From the NCBI GenBank assembly GCA_005790545.1, contig SXUL01000068.1:20623-84622 (forward strand): a stretch of 64,000 nucleotides of DNA. The letters run 5' to 3'. Shown here piece after piece: positions 54,482 through 63,534 of the stretch. Position 1 is the first letter of the stretch. Each line of letters opens with the position of its first letter. The notes beneath the pieces are model-generated. The model was given only the letters and a program-made list of their open reading frames with translations. It made no database searches and was not told the origin of the DNA. The position numbers and the translations under genes are program-made. The DNA is from Planctomycetia bacterium (GTDB lineage: Bacteria; Planctomycetota; GCA-002687715).

Positions 54482-55608
54482 GAACACCCGACGTCAGCGT
54501 CGCCATCGTGAACTTCAATTCGGCCGCCATGCTGGAGGGGCTGCTCGGCAGTCTCAAGGAAGACGCGTTCAGCGTGGAGGGGCGAGAAGGGCGCATGGAA
54601 ATCCTCGTGGTGGACAACGCATCGCGTGCGGAAGACCATCACTTGCTGGAGGCTGTCTGTCAGCGCGCCGGTGCCCGACTGCTCCGGAACTCCGAAAATG
54701 TGGGCTATGCCATCGCGAACAATCAGGCCTTGCATGCCGCACGGGGCCGCTGGCATGTCGTCTCCAACCCGGATGTGCTGGTGAAGCCGGGGTGCATGGC
54801 CGCTCTCATCGGGGCTCTCGAAACGACGCCCGGCGCGGCACTGGTCGGGCCGCTTGCGAGTATGGACCTCGCGGGCGATGTGTTGTTGCCACCCAACGAA
54901 CTGCCTGAGCCATTCAACGAGAGCCTGGTCAGCATCGCCCGCACTCATCCAGGCGTGGCACGTTTCCATGTGCGGCGCCGAGCGCGCTTCGCGCGGACCT
55001 ACTGGACTGCCGCTGCGCCCTTGCGCCTGCCCATGCTCTCCGGCGGGTTCTTCCTCGGTCGTCGTGAAACACTCCTCAAGCACGGGCTGTTCGATGCGGG
55101 GTATCCGCTCTATTACGAAGACACCGATTTGTTCCGGCGCTACCACCAGCGAGACCTCGGTCTCTGGCACGTTCCTGCGGCGCGCATCGTGCATCACTTC
55201 TCGCGTTCGGCGCTGCCGCGCATGAAGGCGGCCATGTACAGGAACGGCGTGGGAGCGCAGCGATACTTCCGGCAGCATTTCGGTGAAGCTGGAGAGAGGC
55301 TCTTGCAGACTCTCGTCGCGCGCGCGCGGCTCCACGCGGAAGATCAGCGTGTCCCGTGGGTGGTGCAAGAGTTGCAGCCGTCAGCCATGGCTCCTGTGGT
55401 GGATGTCGCGCAGGCCGACGCGTGTGTCGAGGTATCGGGCAACGCAAAATTCTCGCTGACAGTCGGCATCTTTCCCGGCAAGGCTGGCCCGTTCCGCTTG
55501 CCGCAACCTTTCTGGGACAGCCTCGCCTGCACGCACTACTGGATTCGCACCGTGGACCCGGAGACGGGTGACACACTGCAAGCATGGAGAGCCACGCGAT
55601 GCCCGTAG
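54478..55608 (+). CDS. family 2 glycosyltransferase (rhamnosyltransferase-like)
   Basis: The GTG at 54478 forms a GTGA overlap. Motifs VSVAIVNFNSAAML, VVDNASRAED, NVGYAIANNQ and YYEDTDL. Confidence 0.8.
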   Translation: MRTPDVSVAIVNFNSAAMLEGLLGSLKEDAFSVEGREGRMEILVVDNASRAEDHHLLEAVCQRAGARLLRNSENVGYAIANNQALHAARGRWHVVSNPDVLVKPGCMAALIGALETTPGAALVGPLASMDLAGDVLLPPNELPEPFNESLVSIARTHPGVARFHVRRRARFARTYWTAAAPLRLPMLSGGFFLGRRETLLKHGLFDAGYPLYYEDTDLFRRYHQRDLGLWHVPAARIVHHFSRSALPRMKAAMYRNGVGAQRYFRQHFGEAGERLLQTLVARARLHAEDQRVPWVVQELQPSAMAPVVDVAQADACVEVSGNAKFSLTVGIFPGKAGPFRLPQPFWDSLACTHYWIRTVDPETGDTLQAWRATRCP

Positions 55609-56576
55609 AAGCGACCGATGTGAGCTACGGGCCGTTCGAGCCCGGCGATGAGCACGAGATTGTGCGCGTGTTCAACAAGGTCTTCGGACAGCAGCGCAAG
55701 TTGGCGACTTGGGAATGGGAGTACAACCGGAACCCGGCGGGGCGGCACATCTTTCTGGCGAAACAACCGAGCGGTCGTGTGCTCTCGCAGTTTTGCGGCA
55801 TTCCGCGGGTCATGCGCGCCGGCGGCGGGACCGCCTGTTTCGGCGAGATCGTGGACAGCATGACCGATCCCGAGTTCCGCATGGGTTTGAAGCGCCCGGG
55901 CCTCTTCGCAACCACCTGTTACGAGTTTGTCGAGTTCTTCGGCCGCCCCGAGCGCGAAGTGATCATGTACGGCCTTCCGAATCCGCAGGCCTTCCGACTT
56001 GGCGGCAAGCTCCTCGGGTACTCGCATCTTTATGACGTGCAGTTCATGACGACAACGGCGCTCTCCGGCCCCATGCCGGCTTCCGCAACACGCGCGCAAG
56101 CACTTCCGGATGATTGGGATGCCTTTGAGCTGCGCCATTCTGCGCGGCATCCGGTGACCACCCTGCGCGATCGTCGTTACCTCAACTGGCGCTACCTCGA
56201 GCATCCGGATGTGCGTTACGAACTTCTCACCTTCCGGGATGACAGCGGTTCACTGTTCGCACTCGCGGTGCTGCGTCATGATTGGCTCGGAGAGAAGGTG
56301 ACGGCTTGCGCAGAACTTCTCGTTGAGCATGAACATCCGCGCGCGCTCGAAGTGAACGACGCGTTGCGGGCGGCGGCCGCGGCCGCGGGCAGCGAGCGCG
56401 TGCAGGTATTCGTGCGTCCGGATTCCCTCGAATGGGTCGGGCTTGGATCCATCGGCTGGCATCCGGAGCCGACGCAGTTCCGCTTCGTGGCCCGCACTTA
56501 CGATGCTGTGAATCTCCCACTCGAAGGGCTGAAATATGGCTGGAGCGTGAGCCTCGGAGACTTCGACATCGTCTGA
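55584..56576 (+). CDS. GNAT-like acyltransferase family protein (putative)
   Basis: N-terminus FEPGDEHEIVRVFNKVFGQQRKLATWEWEYNRNP and the overall ~330-aa two-lobe layout resemble GNAT/Eis-like proteins. ATG 55599 is an alternative start. Confidence 0.6.
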   Translation: MESHAMPVEATDVSYGPFEPGDEHEIVRVFNKVFGQQRKLATWEWEYNRNPAGRHIFLAKQPSGRVLSQFCGIPRVMRAGGGTACFGEIVDSMTDPEFRMGLKRPGLFATTCYEFVEFFGRPEREVIMYGLPNPQAFRLGGKLLGYSHLYDVQFMTTTALSGPMPASATRAQALPDDWDAFELRHSARHPVTTLRDRRYLNWRYLEHPDVRYELLTFRDDSGSLFALAVLRHDWLGEKVTACAELLVEHEHPRALEVNDALRAAAAAAGSERVQVFVRPDSLEWVGLGSIGWHPEPTQFRFVARTYDAVNLPLEGLKYGWSVSLGDFDIV

Positions 56577-56578
56577 GG

Positions 56579-57277
56579 TCAGGTGCGAATCAGGGCAAGA
56601 TCGGCTGCCTGTTGCAGTTCCAAGACTCCGAGGACACGAGCGACAGCCTCTGCATCCAGCTCGTCCATGCGCGCGCTGAATTGATCCACGAGCTCGAGGG
56701 TCTGACGGCGCACATGGCGCGTCATGACGACGAGCTCCTCGTGCGAGCGCAGGGGCGGATCAGCGTGCTGCATCGCGCGCGGGGGGGCCGCACCAAGAAT
56801 CTCCGCAAGGCAGCACGTGGTGGTAGTGCGTTCATTCAGCGCGTGCAGCAGGAGCGCTTCGAGGGAACGCGCGGAGGGCGTGCATTCATCATGCTTGGAG
56901 AGGAAGCTCTCGAGCCGGGCTCTCTGCACGCGGAGATCCGGAGTCACGGGTGCCGCAGCGCGCTGCCAGACGTCGAGTTCGCCCGCGACCAAGCTGCCAG
57001 CTATCCAGCCCTCGGGGGTGGAAGTGACTGTGGGCCGGAGGATGAAGAGCTTGCCGCGGGGCCCGAGCCGCGCGAGGCAGCGCGCCTTGAGTGAGTCCAA
57101 ATGCTCAGAGCCGAGCAGGATCGCATCCACTTCGCCGGTGGGCAGAGGCACATGCAGCGCTGCTGTGGCAAGGCGCACCGCAATACCGGCGAGCCATTCC
57201 GGAGTCACTCCAAGGACAAGGACGTGCATCCACGGCTGCAATTCGGCGCGCAGAGCCTCGCGCACGACCTCGTTCAT
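56579..57277 (-). CDS. hypothetical protein (degenerate Rossmann-like N-terminal part, helical C-terminal part)
   Basis: The internal ATG at 57277 forms an ATGA overlap with the upstream radical-SAM gene stop. The protein begins MNEVVREALRAELQPWMHVLVLGV... I recognise no confident family. Confidence 0.6.
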   Translation of the reverse strand: MNEVVREALRAELQPWMHVLVLGVTPEWLAGIAVRLATAALHVPLPTGEVDAILLGSEHLDSLKARCLARLGPRGKLFILRPTVTSTPEGWIAGSLVAGELDVWQRAAAPVTPDLRVQRARLESFLSKHDECTPSARSLEALLLHALNERTTTTCCLAEILGAAPPRAMQHADPPLRSHEELVVMTRHVRRQTLELVDQFSARMDELDAEAVARVLGVLELQQAADLALIRT

Positions 57278-58392
57278 GCCGATGATCCGCTCGGGCGATA
57301 CCACGAGTCCCGCTTCCACGGCACAAAGCCGGCATTGAGGATGACTTCCCTGACCTCTGCCTCCGTGACGCTGCAGTGGATCGAGCCGGCCTGCGAGACC
57401 ACATTCTCTTCCATCATGATGCCGCCCATGTCGTCGCAGCCGTGGTGCAACGCACGGCCCGCGACCTCGAGGCCCATGGTCGGCCACGAGGCCTGGAAGT
57501 GCGGGATGTTGTCGAGATAGACGCGGCAGAAGGCAATATGGCGCAGGTATGCGTCGGCATCCGCGCCGAGATCCCAACCCTTTAGTTCGCCGAAGACGTG
57601 GCCGTAGCGGCTCTCGAATTGCAGCGGCCATGCGACAAAGGCGAGGAAGCCCAGGCGCCCGGAGGATTCTCTGCTGTCTTGGTGCTCGCGGACCGCACGC
57701 AGGGCCGCGAGGCGGTGCGTTGCCTCTTCACCGAAGCCGATGACCTGCGACGCGCTGGTGTAGAGACCGAGGTCTTGCGCTTCACCCATGATGCGCAGCC
57801 AGTCCCTTGTTCTCGTCTTCCGCGGTGAGACCACGTCGCGAATCGAATCCTCGAGAATCTCAGCGCCGCCTCCGGGGATGCCCCCGAGGCCGGCCACGGT
57901 GAGAGCGCGCAGCACGTCCGGGGTCGAGATCCCCTCCAGGGCCGCGATGTGTTCGATTTCGGATGGGCTGAAGGCGTCCAGTTGCAGGCCCGGCCAGTCG
58001 GCGCGCATCCAGCGCAGGAGGTCCACGTACCACTGGAGCCGGAGGTCGGGGTTGTGACCGCCTTGCAGCAGCACACGCGTGCCGCCCACGGCCACCAGTT
58101 CATCGAGCTTCGCTGTCAGTGTGTCGCGCGTGAGCACGTAGCTCTCGGAGTGCCCGGGCGGGCGGTAGAACTCGCAGAACTTGCAGTCCGTAATGCAGAC
58201 ATTGGTGTAGTTGACGTTGCGGTCCACCAGCAGGCTTACCTGCTGCGGAGCCGCGAAACGCGCGCGCACCGCAGTCGCTGCGCTGCGGAGGTCCTCGATG
58301 GGTGCATGGAGATAAACGTCGAGAGCCGCCTCATCGGGAAGGCGCTCCCCATGGCGCACGCGCGCGAGCCATGTTTCCGGACTCTGATTCAT
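57274..58392 (-). CDS. radical SAM enzyme of the futalosine (mqn) menaquinone pathway, MqnC/MqnE/CofH family
   Basis: The ATG at 58392 gives MNQSPETWLARV... Radical-SAM cluster NYTNVCITDCKFCEF. Also GGAEIL and GCDDMGGIMMEENVVSQAG. I cannot tell MqnC from MqnE by eye. Confidence 0.85.
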   Translation of the reverse strand: MNQSPETWLARVRHGERLPDEAALDVYLHAPIEDLRSAATAVRARFAAPQQVSLLVDRNVNYTNVCITDCKFCEFYRPPGHSESYVLTRDTLTAKLDELVAVGGTRVLLQGGHNPDLRLQWYVDLLRWMRADWPGLQLDAFSPSEIEHIAALEGISTPDVLRALTVAGLGGIPGGGAEILEDSIRDVVSPRKTRTRDWLRIMGEAQDLGLYTSASQVIGFGEEATHRLAALRAVREHQDSRESSGRLGFLAFVAWPLQFESRYGHVFGELKGWDLGADADAYLRHIAFCRVYLDNIPHFQASWPTMGLEVAGRALHHGCDDMGGIMMEENVVSQAGSIHCSVTEAEVREVILNAGFVPWKRDSWYRPSGSSA

Positions 58393-58437
58393 CGCGGGCA
58401 CGATAACGATGCCCGGGAGGTCTCCTATGATCGCGCC

Positions 58438-59064
58438 ATGCCTCGGATCGAGAAGCTCACCACCTCCGCCGCCGCTGACGGAGTGCCGCTGCTGCAGAGC
58501 ATCTCGATCGCAGTTGAACCGGGGGAGGTGCACGGGGTCATCGGGCCCTCTGGTTCAGGCAAGACCCTGCTGGCTCGCGCTCTGTCCGGGCTGGTGACTC
58601 TCGCTGCAGGCGGTCTCACGAGCAGTGATGAGCGTGCGGTGCGAGTAGCCGTCGTCCCCGCGGATGGCCCGCCGTGTGCGCTCAATGTGCGCGAGCTGGC
58701 AACGCTCACAGGTGGGCAACAAGAAGCGTTGCCGGTGCCTCTCCGTCGCATGTCTTTGGCACTCCTGCAGCGTGGAGTACGGCAGCGCGCCATGGCCAAC
58801 CTCCTCGCCTCTTCGAGCCCGGGACTCCTCGTTGTGGATGACCCGGAATTCGCAAGCGTGGAAGAGGTGCGTGCGTGGAGAGAGACGCTCTCCGTCTCCG
58901 AGGTCCGCGCTGTTCCCGTGCTGTTGCTCTCTCGCTCTGAGGTGCCCCTCGCTGCTCTCTGCAGCACCATGCACGTCCTTTTTGATGGGCGCGTGATCGC
59001 CAGTGGTCGGACCAGCGCACTCGTCCCCGGGGCAGAAGTGTTGGCACGGAAGCGGTACGCATGA
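58438..59064 (+). CDS. ABC-type ATPase-like protein with degenerate catalytic motifs
   Basis: The internal ATG at 58438; the upstream part of ORF 57949..59064 is antisense to the mqn gene. Walker A GPSGSGKT. LQRGVRQRAMANLL stands in place of LSGGQ. Walker B is LLVVDDP (Asp in place of the catalytic Glu). LLLSRS stands where the H-loop is expected. Confidence 0.7.
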   Translation: MPRIEKLTTSAAADGVPLLQSISIAVEPGEVHGVIGPSGSGKTLLARALSGLVTLAAGGLTSSDERAVRVAVVPADGPPCALNVRELATLTGGQQEALPVPLRRMSLALLQRGVRQRAMANLLASSSPGLLVVDDPEFASVEEVRAWRETLSVSEVRAVPVLLLSRSEVPLAALCSTMHVLFDGRVIASGRTSALVPGAEVLARKRYA

Positions 59065-59759
59065 CGGCGGAGCTGTTCACGGTTGCGGGATGCGCAGCGT
59101 TGCTTGGCCTTGGCCTTGCGTGGCCACGTGGCTTCAAGGCGTTTGCGCGAGAAGGTGCTTGGTGGTTTGCGGCAGTGCTCGTCGCTGGCGGCGTGGTCGT
59201 GTCTGAGGAGGCGGTTTGGGTCGCCTGCGTGGGCGTCGCGGGGCTCTGGTTGTTCCGGAAAGCGTCACTCTTGCGAGCCTCTGTTGCTGCTCTTCTCGTG
59301 TTGCTGAGCGGAGGCGTGCATTCGGAGCGCGGAGGCGTGGTTGCCGCAGGACTCGCGCTGGCAGCGGCAGGTGTCGTGTTTCTCGGCCGCGCGCATCCGC
59401 CAGCCCGGAACCTGGAGGCGGCACGCTGGCTGATTCAGTGTGGCGTTGCACCAGCCACGGCGCTTGCCTTCCTCGCTGCCAGGGAGCGGCGCTGGCCCTT
59501 TCTGGCACTCACGTTTCTCGCAGCCCTTGCGCTCATGCTGGTGCTCGCACGTGGGAACCAGTCACTGGAACTGCAGGCCCGGGTCGCCTTGGTGCTTCTC
59601 TGCTTGCGCTGGTTGTCGCAGCAGCGTGCGTTGGATGCAGATGCTGAGGAAGTGTCTGCAATGAGCTTTCGACCCTTGCCACCGCCGAGCGCCAGTGCTG
59701 GCCCGCTCACCTTTGACGAGCGTCCACCCGACGGCAGCGAACATCTCTTCCGTGAATGA
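59061..59759 (+). CDS. hypothetical polytopic membrane protein
   Basis: ATGA overlap with the ATPase-like gene. About 6 hydrophobic helices and a Pro/Ser-rich C-terminal tail. Confidence 0.65.
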   Translation: MTAELFTVAGCAALLGLGLAWPRGFKAFAREGAWWFAAVLVAGGVVVSEEAVWVACVGVAGLWLFRKASLLRASVAALLVLLSGGVHSERGGVVAAGLALAAAGVVFLGRAHPPARNLEAARWLIQCGVAPATALAFLAARERRWPFLALTFLAALALMLVLARGNQSLELQARVALVLLCLRWLSQQRALDADAEEVSAMSFRPLPPPSASAGPLTFDERPPDGSEHLFRE

Positions 59760-59826
59760 GTGGGGCGCTGGGAGCGCGCTGGTAGAGTGCCTTACCCACA
59801 ACGCGACGAGAGCGGAAAGGAACCCC

Positions 59827-60150
59827 ATGGGTGCAGCAAAGATCCTGAGCTTGGCCGAATTCGAGAAGGATGTGAAACGCAGCAAAGGCGTGAGCGTGAT
59901 CGATTTCGGCGCCACCTGGTGCGGGCCGTGTCAGGCTCTCGCGCCCGCGTACGAAAAGCTCGCCGGTGAGTACGCCCAAAGGGCCAATCTCTACAAGGTG
60001 GATGTGGACGCCGAAGGCGACCTCGCCGCCGCGTTTGACGTGATGAGCGTTCCGACAGTCGTCTTTCTCAAGGACGGCACCAAGGTGGCGGAGATCAAGG
60101 GCAACTACCCGGATCGCATTCGCACACAGATCGACAGCCTCTTGCACTGA
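59827..60150 (+). CDS. trxA: thioredoxin
   Basis: The internal ATG at 59827 gives MGAAKILSLAEFEKDVKRSKGVSVIDFGATWCGPCQALAP..., containing the WCGPC active site. 107 aa. Confidence 0.93.
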   Translation: MGAAKILSLAEFEKDVKRSKGVSVIDFGATWCGPCQALAPAYEKLAGEYAQRANLYKVDVDAEGDLAAAFDVMSVPTVVFLKDGTKVAEIKGNYPDRIRTQIDSLLH

Positions 60151-60158
60151 GCGCTCGC

Positions 60159-61178
60159 GTGGAGACGGGACGCGAACAGGCGGAGGAGCTCCTCCGCACA
60201 CTCGCCGGATCGCGGCGCACGATTCTCACGACGCACATCACGCCTGATGGTGATGGGCTTGGTGCGGCGCTGGCGATCCTGCGCGCGCTGCGTGCGCGCG
60301 GGCAGCGCGCCGAGTTCATCAACTGCTCTGCTGCTCCGCAGAACCTGCGCTTCCTCTGGCAACGGGGCGAGTTCCATGTCTTCGACCCCGATCTGCACGG
60401 CCGCCTCTTGATGGATGCGGACACGATCGTGGCCACGGATCTCGGTGGCGCGAAGAGGCTCGGCCGGATGGAAGAGGTGGTGCGCGCGAGCCCGGCCAGG
60501 AAACTCCTCATCGATCATCATCGCTACAAGAATGATCTCTTTGACCAGGCCTTGATCGTCGAGGGCGCAAGTTCCTCCTGCGAGATCGTGTGGGATCTGT
60601 TGCGGAGCATGGGCGCAGCCATGACGCGCGAGCTGGCGGAACCCCTCTATGTCGGCATCGTGAACGACACCGGCTCGTTCCAGTACGAATCGACGACGCC
60701 GCGCGTCCACCGCATGGTGGCGAGCCTTCTCGAGACAGGAGTGGAGCCGGCAAAGATCTTCCGTGAACTGCATTGCGCTCAACCGCTCGGCAAGCTGCAA
60801 GTCCTCGGGAACTCGCTGGCGGCCCTGCAACTTGAATGCGCCGGCCGTCTCGCGTGGTCCAGCACGGACCGGGCCACACTGCGCCGCCTCGGCATCGTTC
60901 CGCGTGATGCCTTTGAGGTGGTCAACTACCTGTTGCGCATCCGGGGTGTGGAAGTCGGTCTCTTCTTCTTTCCCGTGGATGAAATGCGTACCAAAGTCAG
61001 CCTGCGCAGCGCGGGGAACATCGATGTGTGCACCTTTGCGGAGAGTCACGGCGGTGGCGGGCACCGTTACGCGGCTGGTTGCACTGTGGAAGGGCTGAGC
61101 CTGCTGGATGCGCAAGCCCATGTGCTGGGTGCCATGCGCGAACTGCTCACCACCGCTGGTGGAGAACTTGAGTCATGA
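60159..61178 (+). CDS. nrnA: DHH/DHHA1 family bifunctional oligoribonuclease / pAp phosphatase
   Basis: HITPDGDGLGAALA, IDHHRYKN and the GGGGH motif (ESHGGGGHRYAAG). GTG start. Confidence 0.85.
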   Translation: METGREQAEELLRTLAGSRRTILTTHITPDGDGLGAALAILRALRARGQRAEFINCSAAPQNLRFLWQRGEFHVFDPDLHGRLLMDADTIVATDLGGAKRLGRMEEVVRASPARKLLIDHHRYKNDLFDQALIVEGASSSCEIVWDLLRSMGAAMTRELAEPLYVGIVNDTGSFQYESTTPRVHRMVASLLETGVEPAKIFRELHCAQPLGKLQVLGNSLAALQLECAGRLAWSSTDRATLRRLGIVPRDAFEVVNYLLRIRGVEVGLFFFPVDEMRTKVSLRSAGNIDVCTFAESHGGGGHRYAAGCTVEGLSLLDAQAHVLGAMRELLTTAGGELES

Positions 61179-62632
61179 AACTGAACTGGACCAAGCGCGC
61201 TGCCGGGGTGATGCGTGGCGGGGCTTCTTTGCAGGTCTGCGATGCCGATGGCCGCGGACTTGTCGGGACCGTGCGCACTGAAGTGCTCGCTGCCATGCAA
61301 CTGAAACTCCTCGGCACCAAGACGGGCGAGGTGCTGCTGCTGCCGCGTGGTCGCGGGAAAGCTGCATATCTTGAAGGAGTCCTGGTCCTCGTCGGCAAGG
61401 CCACCGCCAACGAGGCCCGCCTCGCAGGAGCCATGCTGCGCCGTGCCCTGCCGTCAGGGCTCAAGTCGGTGCATCTCCGTTGGAGCAAAGCTCACTCAGC
61501 GGATCTGGCTGCTGAATGTGCGCTCGGGTTCCGCCTCGGGGCTTCACCCGCGGCCAATGGCGTCGATCGTTGTCCAACCCTCACGGTTGAAGGTGCCACG
61601 CCCGCTGGCAAGGCTGCCTTCGCGCGCGCAACAGTTCTCGCCGAGTCAGTGTTGCTCGCGCGCGAACTCGGCAATCTTCCCGGCAATCTCTGTTCACCGG
61701 TCGAGCTCGCTCGCCGCGGAATCGCCGCCATGCGCAGCGTCGGCGGTCGCGGGCGTGCACTGGATGAGCGTGCGTTGAAGAAGCTCGGCATGGGCGCGCT
61801 CTTGGGCGTCGCTCAAGGCAGCAGCCTGCCGCCGCGCCTGCTGGTGCTGGAGCACGGCAAGGCCGTGCGCGGACGCCCCACCGTGGTTCTCGTCGGCAAG
61901 GGCGTCACCTTCGATTCTGGTGGCATCTCCATCAAACCGGCGGATGGCATGGAGAAGATGCGCCACGACAAGTGTGGCGCGGCGGCCGTTATCGGTGCCC
62001 TGCAAGCAGCGGCACGCCTGCGGCTTCCCTTGCATGTCGTGGGGATTGTTCCGGCTGTCGAGAACATGCCCGGTGGACGCGCGCAGCGTCCGGGCGACGT
62101 GGTGCGCGCCATGAATGGCCGCACCATTGAAGTGATCAATACCGATGCCGAAGGGCGTCTGATTCTCGCGGATGCTCTCAGTTACGCCGTGCGGATGAAG
62201 CCGGCGCACATTGTGGATCTTGCGACTCTCACCGGTGCCGCAACCATCGCGCTCGGGAAGGCACACGCCGCGATGCTCGGGACGGATGAGGAGACGATCG
62301 CGCGTCTCGCGAGATTGGGTGCGGAATGGGGCGAACCGGTTTGGCGACTTCCGCTCGGCCATTTCACCGCGGAATTGATGCAGGGAAAGGTCTCGGATCT
62401 GAAGAACCTCGGCGGGCGCGAAGCAGGCACCATTACCGGGGCGGAGTTTCTGAAGCCCTTCGTCGGGGATGTTCCATGGACACATCTCGATATCGCCGCC
62501 GTGGCCTGGGATGATTCGTGCCGCGCGTGGAACCGGCCTTCCGGGGCCAGCGGGTTCGGTGTGCGTTTGCTCGTCCATTGGCTGGAGGAACTGGCTGCGA
62601 AGCCAAAGGTGCGTCGCCGCAAGGGGCGCTGA
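61175..62632 (+). CDS. pepA: leucyl aminopeptidase (M17)
   Basis: VGKGVTFDSGGISIKP and NTDAEGRLILADAL. ATGA overlap with nrnA. Confidence 0.93.
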   Translation: MKLNWTKRAAGVMRGGASLQVCDADGRGLVGTVRTEVLAAMQLKLLGTKTGEVLLLPRGRGKAAYLEGVLVLVGKATANEARLAGAMLRRALPSGLKSVHLRWSKAHSADLAAECALGFRLGASPAANGVDRCPTLTVEGATPAGKAAFARATVLAESVLLARELGNLPGNLCSPVELARRGIAAMRSVGGRGRALDERALKKLGMGALLGVAQGSSLPPRLLVLEHGKAVRGRPTVVLVGKGVTFDSGGISIKPADGMEKMRHDKCGAAAVIGALQAAARLRLPLHVVGIVPAVENMPGGRAQRPGDVVRAMNGRTIEVINTDAEGRLILADALSYAVRMKPAHIVDLATLTGAATIALGKAHAAMLGTDEETIARLARLGAEWGEPVWRLPLGHFTAELMQGKVSDLKNLGGREAGTITGAEFLKPFVGDVPWTHLDIAAVAWDDSCRAWNRPSGASGFGVRLLVHWLEELAAKPKVRRRKGR

Positions 62633-62635
62633 AGC

Positions 62636-63532
62636 ATGAACACGATCCCGATCTTCGAGCCTCACGCGCACATGATCTCGCGCGTCACCGATGACTACGA
62701 ACGCATGTCCGCAGCGGGGGTGAAAGTCGTTCTGGAGCCGGCCTTCTGGCTCGGGCAGCCACGCACGAGCGTCGGCAGCTTCATCGACTACTTCGACACT
62801 CTCATTGGTTTCGAACGCTATCGCGCTTCCCAGTTCGGCATTCATCATGTGTGTGCGATGGCTCTCAACCCGCGCGAGGCCAATGATCCGGGGGTGCGCG
62901 ACGCAGTGTTGAAGTTGCTGCCGCGCTACCTCGAGAAGGGTGGAGTGGTTGCGGTTGGCGAACTCGGTCTGGATGAAATGACCAGCACCGAAGAGGCGTG
63001 CTTCGAGGTCCAGGTGGAACTAGCGAAGAAGCACTCCCTGCCACTGCTCGTCCACACGCCACACCGGAACAAGCGGCAGGGTTTTGTGCGTTGCTTCGAG
63101 TTGCTGAAGCACTCCGGCTTTCCTTTGGAACAAGTCCTGCTCGACCACGGGAACGAAGAGACGATTGCCATCACGATGGGGACCGGGGTGCTGCAAGGAT
63201 TCAGCATCTACCCGAACACAAAGATGGACCCTCCGCGCATGGTGGCCTTGCTCAAGAAGTACGGCACGGAGCGCATCAGCATCAACAGCGCCTGTGACTG
63301 GGGCATCTCCGATCCGCTCTCCGTTCCGAAGACCGTCGCATTGATGCGTGAAGCGGGATTCGAGGAAGCGTCCATCCGCAAGCTCGTTTGGGATACGCCC
63401 GCGGAGTTCTTCAGCGCGTCGGGGCGGGTGAACAGGGCTGAGTGGGTCTGTCCGCCGGAGGCTGCGCCCTTCAGCGCCACAGGCACGACCATCGCCCGCG
63501 GCGGCGGCAAGGTGCCGGGAAGCTGCTGCTGA
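62636..63532 (+). CDS. TatD-related metal-dependent hydrolase (EboB-like?)
   Basis: N-terminal HxH (FEPHAHM), then VAVGELGLD, LLVHTPH and LLDHGNE, which fits an amidohydrolase/TatD layout. Confidence 0.78.
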   Translation: MNTIPIFEPHAHMISRVTDDYERMSAAGVKVVLEPAFWLGQPRTSVGSFIDYFDTLIGFERYRASQFGIHHVCAMALNPREANDPGVRDAVLKLLPRYLEKGGVVAVGELGLDEMTSTEEACFEVQVELAKKHSLPLLVHTPHRNKRQGFVRCFELLKHSGFPLEQVLLDHGNEETIAITMGTGVLQGFSIYPNTKMDPPRMVALLKKYGTERISINSACDWGISDPLSVPKTVALMREAGFEEASIRKLVWDTPAEFFSASGRVNRAEWVCPPEAAPFSATGTTIARGGGKVPGSCC

Positions 63533-63534
63533 AC

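Noticed and set aside
55165-55180. TGGCAC words as possible sigma-54 promoters. These occur here and near 29065, 32147, 42647, 58748 and 59042.
   Set aside because: None has a correctly spaced TTGC/GC -12 element (GG-N10-GC), and most lie inside coding sequence.
57949-58437. The upstream 163 codons of ORF 57949..59064, which would give a 371-aa ABC protein.
   Set aside because: That part is antisense to the radical-SAM gene. The recognisable ATPase begins at the ATG at 58438, 45 nt from the divergent mqn start.
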